64,000 nt of DNA, from the IMG/VR virus record IMGVR_UViG_3300045921_000730, positions 62,001-126,000 of that record; one strand, 5' to 3'. Positions 52,801 through 60,370 of this stretch are shown here, piece after piece (positions within the stretch are counted from its first letter, which is position 1; each line of letters opens with the position of its first letter). The position numbers were made by a program, and so were the translations under genes. The notes beneath the pieces are model-generated. The model saw only the letters and a program-made list of their open reading frames with translations, made no database searches and was not told the origin of the DNA.

Positions 52801-53253
52801 AATTGTTAAATAGTTTGGTTGAATGTTATTGGAAGACACCCAATAATAGTCTTGATAATTAACAAACATATCAAGGTTTATGGGAGGAATCCAGTTAAAC
52901 TCTTGAGCTTTCCCCCACTTATTCATTCTATCCTTATCAACACCGAGAAACTCGAGCTGTTTTTCAAACGACTTGAATGTTAAAACTGTTTCTGTGTTTC
53001 CTGCTCTAGTATATGCTAGCGGCTGAAGTTGAAACGCCTGAAGTTGTGGTGTTGGCTCCGGTAATTGACGACTGTTTTGTAATTGTGATGGTTCACCTAT
53101 TAAACCTGAAACAAAAGTTGTGTCATCTTTCGTCAAAAATCTATTGAAAGATTGTTCGAATACACTTTGATTAACATCTGAATTATATACATCTGGCAGG
53201 TATTCAATTATATTTGTTCTTGGTTTGTTGTCGTTATCAGAGTTGCTAGCCAA
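40849..53253 (-). CDS. Giant (4134 aa) virion/baseplate protein with repeated beta modules
   Basis: TTG start with an AAGGAGG SD; follows the gp6-like gene; internal repeats. Confidence 0.75.
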   Translation of the reverse strand: MASNSDNDNKPRTNIIEYLPDVYNSDVNQSVFEQSFNRFLTKDDTTFVSGLIGEPSQLQNSRQLPEPTPQLQAFQLQPLAYTRAGNTETVLTFKSFEKQLEFLGVDKDRMNKWGKAQEFNWIPPINLDMFVNYQDYYWVSSNNIQPNYLTIENPCLKYQARTNVYQQLLNTYGSTFPIVEIDIVNNCIILDGRLDALFQPNAQIFIKPSTLTPNINIDNKYYTILSVEYFEPEFCSEEENLLENKTKLCVEQDFVLKSSTQPITTPQTIIGTWWFDTTNEKLMSWNGTTWVETNPVITSVVSLSEILDIFIKETNCICYGDYGWDLSLWDNNTSDFQTYLQPYSHPTEASWISQNGPPTISALWYDTNQDALFQYNGTTWVLIFYNFSQRVLDMSLNDVLWDLTVSCFDQLITPSQWSTENRWIHKSQLSTTQNVKRAQVPILEYDSRVELNSWTKRTYQWKYRSEIGQDFQSVNSQPTLLELTPVIDYIAVETPPASGNWFIYLYNNTSSVQKDIDWSEIFVPGFVFRIRDDGILNKTYTVEYSLVREPLPTDPAGVQGRHLITIVKISENTFTAPLVGGGINKVRIEPTNTSVGDLWRGYHAHWVLDVNNFKDHPTDTQQENPILKRALSSTQAPFSYTGTTNVGPITVGQYFQTTTVNVPTTNIKLDVSLQYTQTSTLLIVGVVSGVNGTFTVLGDYTSVFSTETPFIVRNNTGGANGIYSVQSSTLSFGNTIITVNGTIPLTATPDGNIVGGTSSFALANQESLAVYVNGIRQYGNYQEITNVGIPIYTAVGTTTYNTQTFEFVSGIVFDQPLQQFDVVQIQIAPHAYNDLGKSFVPIRTIENESDFNASLIAGTQPVYKSTIEYFKTEQVKKSFNQYPLFNVYDVCTNEVIGAKRLFGFLESETAPVNPHIQRRVVAENQTSNFVFEQTLVERDDGKTYAFRLNDERVPNLTFWYNEKTNQLKYRNNNVWEMSFVYFDTNDFIRVSKPYVGEIPPPYLVNNEYSIWYDTKNRIVKQALSNVWQEIAWPEYDNPLNSPTPQGLLIEKADPTLTTIWRSVNQYTYNSSGPWYQWSEGSYTPQWVDKNRQPLTIGDPNGDWEIPKQWRFNIEHKNKQQISYADLITHFQTIIDAQQTTNVNILPQQEWKYWVGGTIKEYNDSYDTLISAINEQKTTPLSVIEFAQNQYDNGLLTIKQLYLNSFISLMTRTTNDDIYNQQGVINQNILNQYESNDFYGFVYGDTSAFNQLTETGVRNWISTPPMFGLSEKFKPHIIIDKGLNIYEVYCHDGHREQINLSLTERDAIIRLLINTPDSREPDTTYGVINSSAPPNTFASFQSYFQTRTGVYWYKNVERILYRFEAIISTTPPLFTDSNGNELPDGIVYYNSFLNQMYEKQGLTWVAVGPANNVSLGWVEKDIRKILCELIYSIEEKLYQVSPDYKNLVFDYSSLTPDVGEQAVYDEKQKQQFYSFVENNKIVFPFENLQYNAQDAFTWNYINSTITTPPTTFVSPLIAASWQELYTRWYGTPYPHLEPWKLQGYHDKPLWWDDEYLDLTGNRRWIYNHATLTGMWQNIRVGIVPAGRTYPDGSLSTGNPIADNQVLPTYIYFSVNISDDCLTSSGATTPCGSTSAVYSPDDLLPPYFALTTLGPNATPTYVRSLFTSFSGEIVAPGSNFVYGEGGPTEWLWSVSSEYVYHKMIVAFKMQPVRFMHYAFGLNFTRVNNLQIEQQLCQVYSHEDALFHGDVFQNALFTARGLNQWYVNNNRFSGYDTNGDFRNYWVNWDPKLSYQFSGIVDTTSLDINNRFYDIDQQDYNVVLSNMGAIDDVWLDAFQVTILKTPPKIVQYNNQTQWRMSLDVLSLVSKPIFYYDVKQYPFIVDPITNTASAFAFRITGALSNAKLIEVGGDQVNHFVPQVEITISGSTANDGVYSVSSSVYDPSSDKTRITLNELLPSSIADGVVDINDVELPWETGQVVFITSSQILPAPLTTSREFYIIKVGAKGFRLADSIANANANIAIDIVNQGNGEQYVGEVDSSFFVFGGVGPSRELWFHYALDKTKIRTFSPPSTIAGFQRLINIIDGYKAYQEDKNVRYNLVEVYETDPDTQRTVSWQLEIERFIDWAYQTRGINSRVEDRFNFSVQSIPGTQGYKQNGFQVLKSLTDITGLQSITYSFLLSVDGSPFTSVAIDGSLSQTYQQLITEINAQLTLLAIPAIASFETFNNGAVRITSNSTGPFSSVNIVDVDLFGSLFDSTPLQNSVNGSGSLFAFSDQVPAWVAGTAVKVGTTGSLPTGLSADVTYYVHNSTIPGLFELSTTKTKTPSSAVVVSSAGGGLQFISQFTTRTQFPSFEINPMRNNVWITTPQGVLANIISGPYEDIRIKQSIFDQYGRILTPDKLLVYREDKRSRISIRPEIPNDLKPSIAGIDDPYNYIHMGGGHFFITGYQHVLIFNDYTSGNFLVFDQFKGLQAQRFSISYYEKNDFSLRPTLGGYYLLGNQYERNIEGQITDMRNYYSVYNTNDFSPVVDYARNLIGFNKSLPYLDLLNINKKSQFEFYRGAIQSKGSTNSITAFINNKRFISANVDEAWAWKIAEYGDAREKVYPELKLFASDGTLEDVRFEFLTNNEASQSQFVEQAKSQRFEVISFRDDTRWYEYPDQKRTLNGSVLFLDAKVVSRMTIFVKNVPPLEEQANRIDYWYDTSTLTLRKFDSTISGPYLTKWIPVDGIVRASDMYYVKLGQPCDTVRVIRKTLSGFPGYQEVLFNVPLFDAKATGLNPLINYTTSITFNNLQTINISVLGSQVQTFGELIDFLNSKITPYGRAQMYNDTIRITNAFKGSSSDVSISILDLLFNSLDDYLSVQPSQPGVDSFNDINEYTAESLIVDGGGTDGFIRINSQTLAFDFTAFYDILEIYCLRPSFASNNPGKLLDKISNVVISEVPYWHPAYNKHYYLTEHNINVFKDSDPAKYTNTLIFDDVSLNPWNEVEVGTIWANSSYLDYLPYFDDKIYTDVNDRLFNWGIFSDIGNTKVYQWIQSTVPPQQYTGIALVQEADTSISSELKLNGTPKTTIFKRMREPLVGDVVFLNPIQQTQGRGYQDVQFAIPVNGTTDTGIINDNTPGYQEVEWRTTSGTPFVINAATGIVWNSQSTPPYTAIIRVDGIDYNVSVGSVPNFGGLVSAINQDLDTIAVASIVAGRLRITSLSSSENSSVQILDINLFNSLEVGVATYAYQDVFVGNNKTSASPTGLVGPTTYFHPIDVNGNYFDISVLGSSAPIYGMLIEEINADITGATASLVNGNIRIRSNVLGSAGSVTIGESLTVLETNPNGGSNAITSGGGSPWINPNSSLALDNISTTCTRSGSGGSKNPVTYPPAPQQTLTIRGFNFNIPVSATILGIEAQVRKFYNTSGSVGSPIVNDFIVQLRKDVLGPVGNNLASGAWPLSFSTTTYGSPSNLWGTTWTPADLNNSNFGIDITASLGLTVPAASTGSVSANIDYVTIKVYYTTTGGTLFTTALSGFVAVGLPIPGQDAYFATLIPPVNGTNGTPLTMTVVVDGVPVPITIDGDASQTFTELIANINSAANGTFSVELTPSGNLRFISSSVGTNSTIALIDNNLISSIVGVPSGLLTPVTFLLSVPGDYGWIEVPYNSKDPFEENDLTLFTSTDVLPTNIQQSVKYSVTNLQNLPIVAPTIQRFRIASNETLTNVNLIDAGSGILSVVPAFKLKNWLRKPLVKQSFNPNVDFATLTPSTIQLNSSFDKNDLVDVMVNGKIKLFKLLVNSSNQITLPSYTFNRSDFVTVVRQEPALTTEQINFDPDTEDDGTIHEQFKEDYEYTTITIADVNNNNRLTELYYYWVENTTYKNPNDPLSMPPIEIARTLRSIPISYLVVQKPQDDPSITETYGYGAIYGIVYSSPYLYNNFNVIPIFYRQAVLRNAASYIRTDDRYTLRFTRDLTLRDSLENGPSSVNLKNTHTEWKLIRQEQPFNIDRVLWDRLTESLIGFKIDDPTIRVPSLERELYDAVHGTDTQYGLGDDQTFVNGQLAKKTILNYLQRPDINFAPVDINSFFAQYSFDTPANIIAAMNAIYNTFGYKHVNAIWFEVLLDAFSTKSKYKELFKTSWIALTGVRILEVSGLFEE

Positions 53254-53319
53254 CTTCAGGCCTCCTTCTTATACTTTATTTTATTATTTATTAATAAGGA
53301 AATGAGCGAAAAACACGCG

Positions 53320-56300
53320 TCATTGAGGATTTTGTCTTAAATTAATCGAATTATATGAAATAACTATATCAATCATATTCGTGTTTATGTCGACATAAAA
53401 TATTTCATCTTCGCGACACAAAACCTGGAACAAATCTCCAAATTGATTTTGTTGATATGTAGGAACCAAAACAACAGAACTAATATCATTTGGAAGTCTT
53501 GTATGAATTGCTGCTGACAGCTCCGTAAAATAAAAAGTTTCACCAAATTCCCACTGCTCAACTTCAAAGAATCTTTGAATTTCATTAACAACAATTGATT
53601 TTATTTGATTGTCTGCTAAAATACTATTTTCAGATTTTATTATCTTAAATGTTGCTTGCAGTTCAGGTTGTGCGCGTGGACCAAACAATAACTTAAATTT
53701 GATTGGATGTAGTATAACAGTATCGGAAATCATCTTATTTTTTAAGAGATAATTATATGTTGTTCTTAATTCTAATGGCGTTGGAGGCAACGGTTCTGTA
53801 GCAAACGGATTCATTAAATATCTTTGGAATTGAGTATAATATCCTTTTGTCAATACAAACATATCAATTATGTTTGTAGCTGCTGGATCTACAAGATTAT
53901 ATCTTGGTGTATTATGAAACCAACCAAAATTCAATCCGTCTCTACCATTGTGGCGTTTCCAAAGACCCGTGTTGTTTATTTGGTCTTGTAAATATTGTTC
54001 AATGTTTTCATAACTTGTTTCTACGGGTTGATATTGTTCTGTTTGTGAAAGACGCGAAAAATAAACATAATCTTTTATTTTTATTGTAATTGTATTGTTT
54101 GAATCAACATTCGGTGTCTTAATTAAATTAATCGTATTTGATATACCATTAGCGTCAGGTGTTTCTGTCCAATCGACGCCAAATTCCAATACACCAGAAA
54201 TATTACCTTCAACAGATACGTCTTTAAAACCAGAAACATAATAAATTGGTAAATTAATTGTAAACGGTGTGAATGGTGCGACTGGCAAACCGCCAGGTGA
54301 CGGAACGTTATATACAACAACAGGATTAATGATTCCTTCAAGAGTTAAATTGTCGGGAATTTTATCTTGATTTTGATCTGAAGAGATAATATTTAACTGA
54401 TGAATGTTTGGTAATCCGATCTGCGTCCCGGAGTCTATTGCTTGTTGTGATAAAACATCAAAAGTCCAATTTTGTGTTAAAATTCCTGTTCTGTTAGAAT
54501 TTACGTTTGCCTTCAACAGAACAATTCTATCAAAATCTGAGTTTAACGTATCATAATCAATTACAGCATTCGGAGCGTTTACATTCCAGAACCGTGTTGT
54601 ATTACTTTCGAATATCATGCGACGTGCAGACCTCGAAACAATAAATCTATTTTCAAATATATTAATTTGTATAACAGAAATTAGTGGATATGTAATATAC
54701 TCTTCTGCAAATGTTTTTTGAACTGGTGAATTTATTGAAACCCATCCACTGACAGAAGAAAACAAATCTGTATCATTAATAACAATTGTTGAAATTTCTC
54801 TTGTCGGTAAAACTTTTATTCGTATATTTCCTTGAAAAATTTCTACTTCGGCAACATCAACCAATATTGTATTCAAATACGCAACAAGACTATTATAAGT
54901 TGATATCTGAGATCCGAGAACAGAAATAGGATAACTGATACCGTTTATTATAATTTCTGAAGTATAAGTAGTTAATGGATTCAACCCCGTTGAGTTTGTA
55001 CCAACAATCGAACCACCATAATTAACTATTTGTGAAATTGTTAACGGAATTAAAGATATGTTTGGAATACCGCCAAAAACTTTTACAGGATACCAACCAG
55101 AATCTTCCAGTCTAAAAAATATTTGAACATCAGAAGGTGTTGGTGGTGGTGTTAAAGCATCTATTATATCTTGGTTTTCATCTTGCGTAAATAATTTTCT
55201 AATGTTTGTTGGACTTACTCCGTTTGAAGTTAATTGTAAAAAAATATCAGTAGAAGATAAAAGTGGTTGTATGAATGACAATATTAATTGTGTGTAATTG
55301 ACAACGTTTGTAGTCTGACTTACTTCCCGATCATAAAAATAAATAATACCATCATCCGAAAACATTTTTACGTTAGCATAATTTTCTGATGGATCATTCC
55401 ACGAAATATATTTTGAATCCCCTGCAAACGTTCTATTGACAGCACGCATTTTTACAATAGAAGAATCCTGAAGCATAAAATTATTATAATCTTCAGCACT
55501 AACCATTCTATTCTGTGTTGCATACGTGGAAGGTGCCGTGACTCTAATGTGTTCGTTTGTTTCGGCAGAAGATCCGTTTTGCAATGAATTAATTAAAGAA
55601 AAAGTAAATGTAAATGTTTGTATTCTTCCAAAGTCATCGACATATGTAAATGAAAGAGATTGATCAACAATGGCGTTTCGTGAGATTACTAAATCTTCAT
55701 TTAAACTCGTACGAACCCAAACATCAAAGGTTCCTTTTGGAATTGTAGCAAATTCACCATCACCAAAAATTAATCTAATATCATTGCCATCTAGTGTTTC
55801 GACTTCATATTTGTTTCTAAAAGCATTTGTGTTAAAAATAATATTTTCATAAAGAGAATCAACTTCTTGCCACTCACCAGTTCTAACATTCAACGACTTT
55901 CTATAAATTGCAAACTCATCAGGATTGTTGATTACTTCACCAGTGTCCGGATCGATGTGGTTTAGCCAAACGTCAGTTTCGTTGATTTCTGTTATCCCCA
56001 CATCGTATGATTGGTTTGGCGTAATTCCATCAAAAGATGTTGTGTATCGAAATAAAGTGCCCTGTTTTGTATAACAAAAAAAGCCTGTCGTGTCAGAACT
56101 GTCACCCAATCCATCGTTGCCATAAAGTATAACAAATCTTGAATTTCTTTCTGGACGACGTTCTGTTATACCAAATTGTTCAGTGTAAGCTGCTGGGACA
56201 AGTTCCATAGGAACGTTTCGACCATCAACAAGAACATTATATGAAAATACACCATTGGCAAGCGGTGTTGAATTCCAATTATATAACTCAAACAAGACAT

Positions 56301-56826
56301 TATTTACTTGAAATCTGTCCGTTGGCGCAACGTTTCCAAATTGTTGGTCTAGTACACGGTTCATTATCAACAAAAACTGATCCTTCCAACCCAAATTTGT
56401 TGAATCATTCCATCTAACAACAACATTAGATAAATTAACACCGTTTGCATCGACCACCGGCTCTGTTGTTGATATTGATGTTATCTTTACAAGACCACGT
56501 ACAGGAACAGGACGATCGGGTTTATATGAAATTAATTTTGCTAATCTTAACAACGATTCCCGACGTTGTGCTGTCGATATAAAGTTTTCGTGTGCATTTA
56601 CATCAAGACGATATGCTAAAAGTTCCCCTATGTAAGCAAAAACTTCTACAATAGCAATAAATTCAGAACTTTCTATATAATCGTTGAAAGTTTCCGGAAA
56701 ATATAGTTTAATATAATCAATAATACTCCGCTTAATTGTATTGTAATCAAACGCAGCAAAATTGATATTTTGCATTGCAAGGTAAACTTTTTCCCAGGAT
56801 TCTGCTCTTGATATTAAACGTGACAT
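53320..56826 (-). CDS. Baseplate wedge protein (T4 gp6-like)
   Basis: FDYNTIK..FNDY..ENFISTAQRRES..LAKLISY; FGDGEF; QNRMVSAEDY. Confidence 0.85.
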   Translation of the reverse strand: MSRLISRAESWEKVYLAMQNINFAAFDYNTIKRSIIDYIKLYFPETFNDYIESSEFIAIVEVFAYIGELLAYRLDVNAHENFISTAQRRESLLRLAKLISYKPDRPVPVRGLVKITSISTTEPVVDANGVNLSNVVVRWNDSTNLGWKDQFLLIMNRVLDQQFGNVAPTDRFQVNNVLFELYNWNSTPLANGVFSYNVLVDGRNVPMELVPAAYTEQFGITERRPERNSRFVILYGNDGLGDSSDTTGFFCYTKQGTLFRYTTSFDGITPNQSYDVGITEINETDVWLNHIDPDTGEVINNPDEFAIYRKSLNVRTGEWQEVDSLYENIIFNTNAFRNKYEVETLDGNDIRLIFGDGEFATIPKGTFDVWVRTSLNEDLVISRNAIVDQSLSFTYVDDFGRIQTFTFTFSLINSLQNGSSAETNEHIRVTAPSTYATQNRMVSAEDYNNFMLQDSSIVKMRAVNRTFAGDSKYISWNDPSENYANVKMFSDDGIIYFYDREVSQTTNVVNYTQLILSFIQPLLSSTDIFLQLTSNGVSPTNIRKLFTQDENQDIIDALTPPPTPSDVQIFFRLEDSGWYPVKVFGGIPNISLIPLTISQIVNYGGSIVGTNSTGLNPLTTYTSEIIINGISYPISVLGSQISTYNSLVAYLNTILVDVAEVEIFQGNIRIKVLPTREISTIVINDTDLFSSVSGWVSINSPVQKTFAEEYITYPLISVIQINIFENRFIVSRSARRMIFESNTTRFWNVNAPNAVIDYDTLNSDFDRIVLLKANVNSNRTGILTQNWTFDVLSQQAIDSGTQIGLPNIHQLNIISSDQNQDKIPDNLTLEGIINPVVVYNVPSPGGLPVAPFTPFTINLPIYYVSGFKDVSVEGNISGVLEFGVDWTETPDANGISNTINLIKTPNVDSNNTITIKIKDYVYFSRLSQTEQYQPVETSYENIEQYLQDQINNTGLWKRHNGRDGLNFGWFHNTPRYNLVDPAATNIIDMFVLTKGYYTQFQRYLMNPFATEPLPPTPLELRTTYNYLLKNKMISDTVILHPIKFKLLFGPRAQPELQATFKIIKSENSILADNQIKSIVVNEIQRFFEVEQWEFGETFYFTELSAAIHTRLPNDISSVVLVPTYQQNQFGDLFQVLCREDEIFYVDINTNMIDIVISYNSINLRQNPQ

Positions 56827-57796
56827 TTTTATTCCTTACGATTTATTAAAATATTTATTAAATAACATTTTTAAAAAATGACACAAAAAACAAAACTTAC
56901 AGATAAAATGATAAAGGATTGGATCGCAACGGGGTTAAATTCAAAACTCGTAGCTCAACGACATAACATCAGCTACTATACATTCCTTCCGCTGATCAAA
57001 GATTATATTAATACCTTAACGATAGACAATCTGATACAACTTGCTGAAAATAAAAACATTGACTTTAAATTCATTTCGCAAACAACAGCGTTATACAAAC
57101 AAATTTATGACGAAACATCATTTTTAAAACCAGAAAGTTCAATACGACAACGGCTGTTTCATATCAAACACAAAATAACCAGTGCACCAAAATGTAAATG
57201 CTGCAACAATTTAACAAACTGGGATAATACTCTAAAAAATTATAGAACATATTGCAGCATCAAATGTCAGTCAAATGACCCAGATGTCATTCTATCAAAA
57301 AAACAAACAAACGTAAAAAACAGAGGCGTCGAATATCCTGCACAAGATAAAAATGTACGCGAAAAATATAAAAAAACAATGATTAATCGATATGGGATAT
57401 CTCACGTAAACAAAACAAATAAAACCGAATCAATTAATAACTTTGACCTATTACACGACTTATATTGGGTACAACATTTATCAACGTTTGATATTGCCGA
57501 ACGGTTCGGAGTCAGCCAATCTTACATAGCAAAACTACTTCAATTATATAATATTGAACCACACACAAAATCTTGCTTTGAACAACAAATTGTTAATTTT
57601 TTAAAACAAGATTTAAACATAGATGTAATCCTGAACACAAGAAAAATAATATATCCAAAAGAAATTGACATTTTTTTGCCCAATTACAACATTGCAATAG
57701 AATGCAATGGATTATTTTGGCACAGTGAAATAAGTGGCGGAAAAAGTAACAAATACCACATCGAAAAAACTATATTATGTCAGCAAAAAAATATTA

Positions 57797-59148
57797 TTAG
57801 AAGCAAAACTGAAATTGTATAAATACGTTATAACCAATATAAATTTCTAAGAATGATCACCTACAAACTTCCAATTCAGCTAACTGATGAAGAAAAGAAA
57901 ATGGTCCTTGAATTCCAGAGGATCCAGTCTTCAATGATCCGTTCTGCATATAAGCAAGCCGAATTTGGTTGTACCGAAATTTCTATAAGACAGGAAATTC
58001 GAGATAGGTTCAAAAGTCAGCTTGATTCCTGGTTCCAGCAATCTGCTGTTAAATATGGAATAGGGATGTTCAAATCAGATCATGAAACTGGTCGATCTGG
58101 TCGAATCTTTGGTGGCAAAGGCAATCTGATTAGACGTGCAAAAAGGCTCATTTCAAAAGAAGAATGGAAACAAAAACGACTTCTTCCGTTGTATCTGATT
58201 GGTGAAGCTCCAGCCAAAGGAAATCGCAAGTTTGAGTTCCATGAAGATTATGTCATTTTTAAGCCATTCAAAGGGACCAAGATCAAAATCGATCTTCCTA
58301 ACATGAGGAAGAACTGGTCGAGAATGTGGAACCAGCTCTTGGTCATGGTTTCAGAAAAACAAATACCAATCACTGTTTCTTTGACCACCGACTTCATATC
58401 CTTTTCTTTTGATGATGTTAAGGTAAAACAAGAGATCAGAAAGATTCCAAAACCAATCAAGAATAGATATGCAGGCATTGATCTGAACCCAAATTATATT
58501 GGCATTTCTGTTTTTGATGGAACAAAACTGATTGAAACCAGATTGTTTTCATTAAAGACATTAACTGGAAAGAATGCCAGTGCTTCAAAACTTGAACATG
58601 AAACAAGAGAAATTGGGCATGCAATAGGTAAGTGGCTTCAGCATCTACGAGTTGACAAGTTGTTCATCGAAAAACTAGAATTCAAACAAGGCAATAAGGG
58701 AATTGGAAAGAACTTCAACCGCTTAACACAAAATCAATGGAAGAAAATAACCCTAAAGGCGATCCTAGCTAAGTACTTCAAACTGTATGAAATCAATGCT
58801 GCTTATAGTTCGACCATTGGTAACATTCTGCATCCCGAATTACCAGACCCGGTAGCAGCTAGTACTGAGATTGCACAACGAGGCTACCGGCTTGTGATAC
58901 TCAAGAACAAACAGTTCTATCCAAAACTACCAGTAGTATCGTATCTAGAGGACCTATGGAAGGAAACCGAGATACCTTTGGTCAATAACTGGAAAGAACT
59001 ACATTCTTGGGTCAAAAACTCGAAATTGAAATATCGGGTTCCGGTTCCAGATGAGTCGGTTTTCAGAATTTTCCAGTCGCCAGCTAGTTTGGTTGGTGTT
59101 CTATAGATTTGTATTACTTATATGAATTTATATGGAAAATTTATTTTA
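57797..59148 (+). mobile_element. TnpB-only element, family 2, copy 2
   Basis: Same ends as 2468-3824; follows ATATTA. Confidence 0.9.
57853..59106 (+). CDS. tnpB: TnpB-like nuclease (family 2), close paralog of 2529-3782
   Basis: Same length (417 aa) and motifs. Confidence 0.8.
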   Translation: MITYKLPIQLTDEEKKMVLEFQRIQSSMIRSAYKQAEFGCTEISIRQEIRDRFKSQLDSWFQQSAVKYGIGMFKSDHETGRSGRIFGGKGNLIRRAKRLISKEEWKQKRLLPLYLIGEAPAKGNRKFEFHEDYVIFKPFKGTKIKIDLPNMRKNWSRMWNQLLVMVSEKQIPITVSLTTDFISFSFDDVKVKQEIRKIPKPIKNRYAGIDLNPNYIGISVFDGTKLIETRLFSLKTLTGKNASASKLEHETREIGHAIGKWLQHLRVDKLFIEKLEFKQGNKGIGKNFNRLTQNQWKKITLKAILAKYFKLYEINAAYSSTIGNILHPELPDPVAASTEIAQRGYRLVILKNKQFYPKLPVVSYLEDLWKETEIPLVNNWKELHSWVKNSKLKYRVPVPDESVFRIFQSPASLVGVL

Positions 59149-59782
59149 TGTTGTTTCATATATTTGAAAGCGAATGGATAGAAAAACAACAAATTGTAAA
59201 ATCTAGATTAAAATCAGCGCTGGGGTTCAATAACAAAATATATGCAAGAAATTGCAAAATACAATCAATTACATCACAAGAAGCAGAATTGTTTTATAAT
59301 AAACACCACATCCAAGGTTCAACAAAAAATCAATTTAACTATGCACTAATCAATAACAACATGATCGTTGCTTGTATGAGTTTTAACAAACCACGTTTTA
59401 CAAAAAAATATGATATTGAACTTACGCGCTTTTGCACTTTATCAGATCATAACGTTGTCGGTGGAGCCTCTAAGCTGTTCAAACATTTTATCAACAAACA
59501 TCACAACATAAACACAATCATCAGTTATAGTGACAAACGTTGGTCGCAAGGTAATTTATACAAAACTTTAAACTTTTTGTACTCACATACGTCTTCACCT
59601 AACTATTGGTACTTCAAATGTCTACCACACTTATTCTCACGCATGCAATTTCAAAAACATAAACTGAAAACATTGTTTGAAAATTATAATGATCAATTAA
59701 CAGAATGGGAGAACATGAAAAATAACGGATATGATAGAATATGGGATTGCGGGAATGATGTGTGGGTATGGACGAGAAATGC

Positions 59783-60160
59783 TTAAGCGTTCTCAAACTG
59801 AAGATTTAAATTAATCTCATCGACAAAATCAAGTTCAACATACAAAAGACGTGCCGTAGCATTTACAGCATTCGAATCAAAATTTGGTGTAATTTTTAAG
59901 TCCAACAACTTCACTCGCGGATCATAATTAAAAACAAGTTCTAAATCTCTTCTCAACTGTTCCAATGTTCTATTATCGAGTGGCTCAAAAACAATATCTG
60001 GAATCGACGTGCCAAAATCAGGCATCATAACACGTTCACCACGACGAGTATAAATATGATTTAGTAAATCCATTTTTACTAATTCGATATCAGTAAGTAC
60101 GAATGTTTTGTTTCTTTGATATTCAAACGAGGAATATCCGCGATATAAATTCTTTTTCAT
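59783..60160 (-). CDS. Baseplate wedge protein (gp25-like)
   Basis: TRRGERVMMPDFGT..FEP..YDPRV. Confidence 0.9.
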   Translation of the reverse strand: MKKNLYRGYSSFEYQRNKTFVLTDIELVKMDLLNHIYTRRGERVMMPDFGTSIPDIVFEPLDNRTLEQLRRDLELVFNYDPRVKLLDLKITPNFDSNAVNATARLLYVELDFVDEINLNLQFENA

Positions 60161-60370
60161 ATAATTTCCACAAGGAAACCTGGTGTTCTTGAGACGTCAG
60201 GACGAACTGTAATTCCTTTCTTTAAGATTAAAACAAACAGTAATATGAAAAATACTAACTTCCATATATACTATCATATTTATGATTTTGTTAAGCAACT
60301 ATATTTTAGCCGCGGTTCGAACTTATCGAGCTGTCTGAATTAAGTTAAGCAACAGTTAAAATAAATTCAT
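60161..60370 (+). mobile_element. Degenerate family-1 mini-element in the gp5/gp25 ATGA overlap
   Basis: Left-end-like GGAAACCTGGTGTTCTTGAGACGTCAGGACGAA after TTCAT; ends TTCAT; removing it gives AG-ATGA-AAA. Confidence 0.65.

Larger units (their letters stand above)
56878..59786 (+). pseudogene. Homing endonuclease gene (paralog of 29408-31024) disrupted by a TnpB element
   Basis: Removing 57797-59148 restores the in-frame ..CQQKNIMLFHIFESEW..IWDCG. Confidence 0.85.

Noticed and set aside
42008-55852. Plus-strand short ORFs inside the structural genes
   Set aside because: Antisense shadows with no recognisable motifs
57797-59148. IStron (self-splicing TnpB element)
   Set aside because: Only ~55 bp precede tnpB and no group I core motifs are visible
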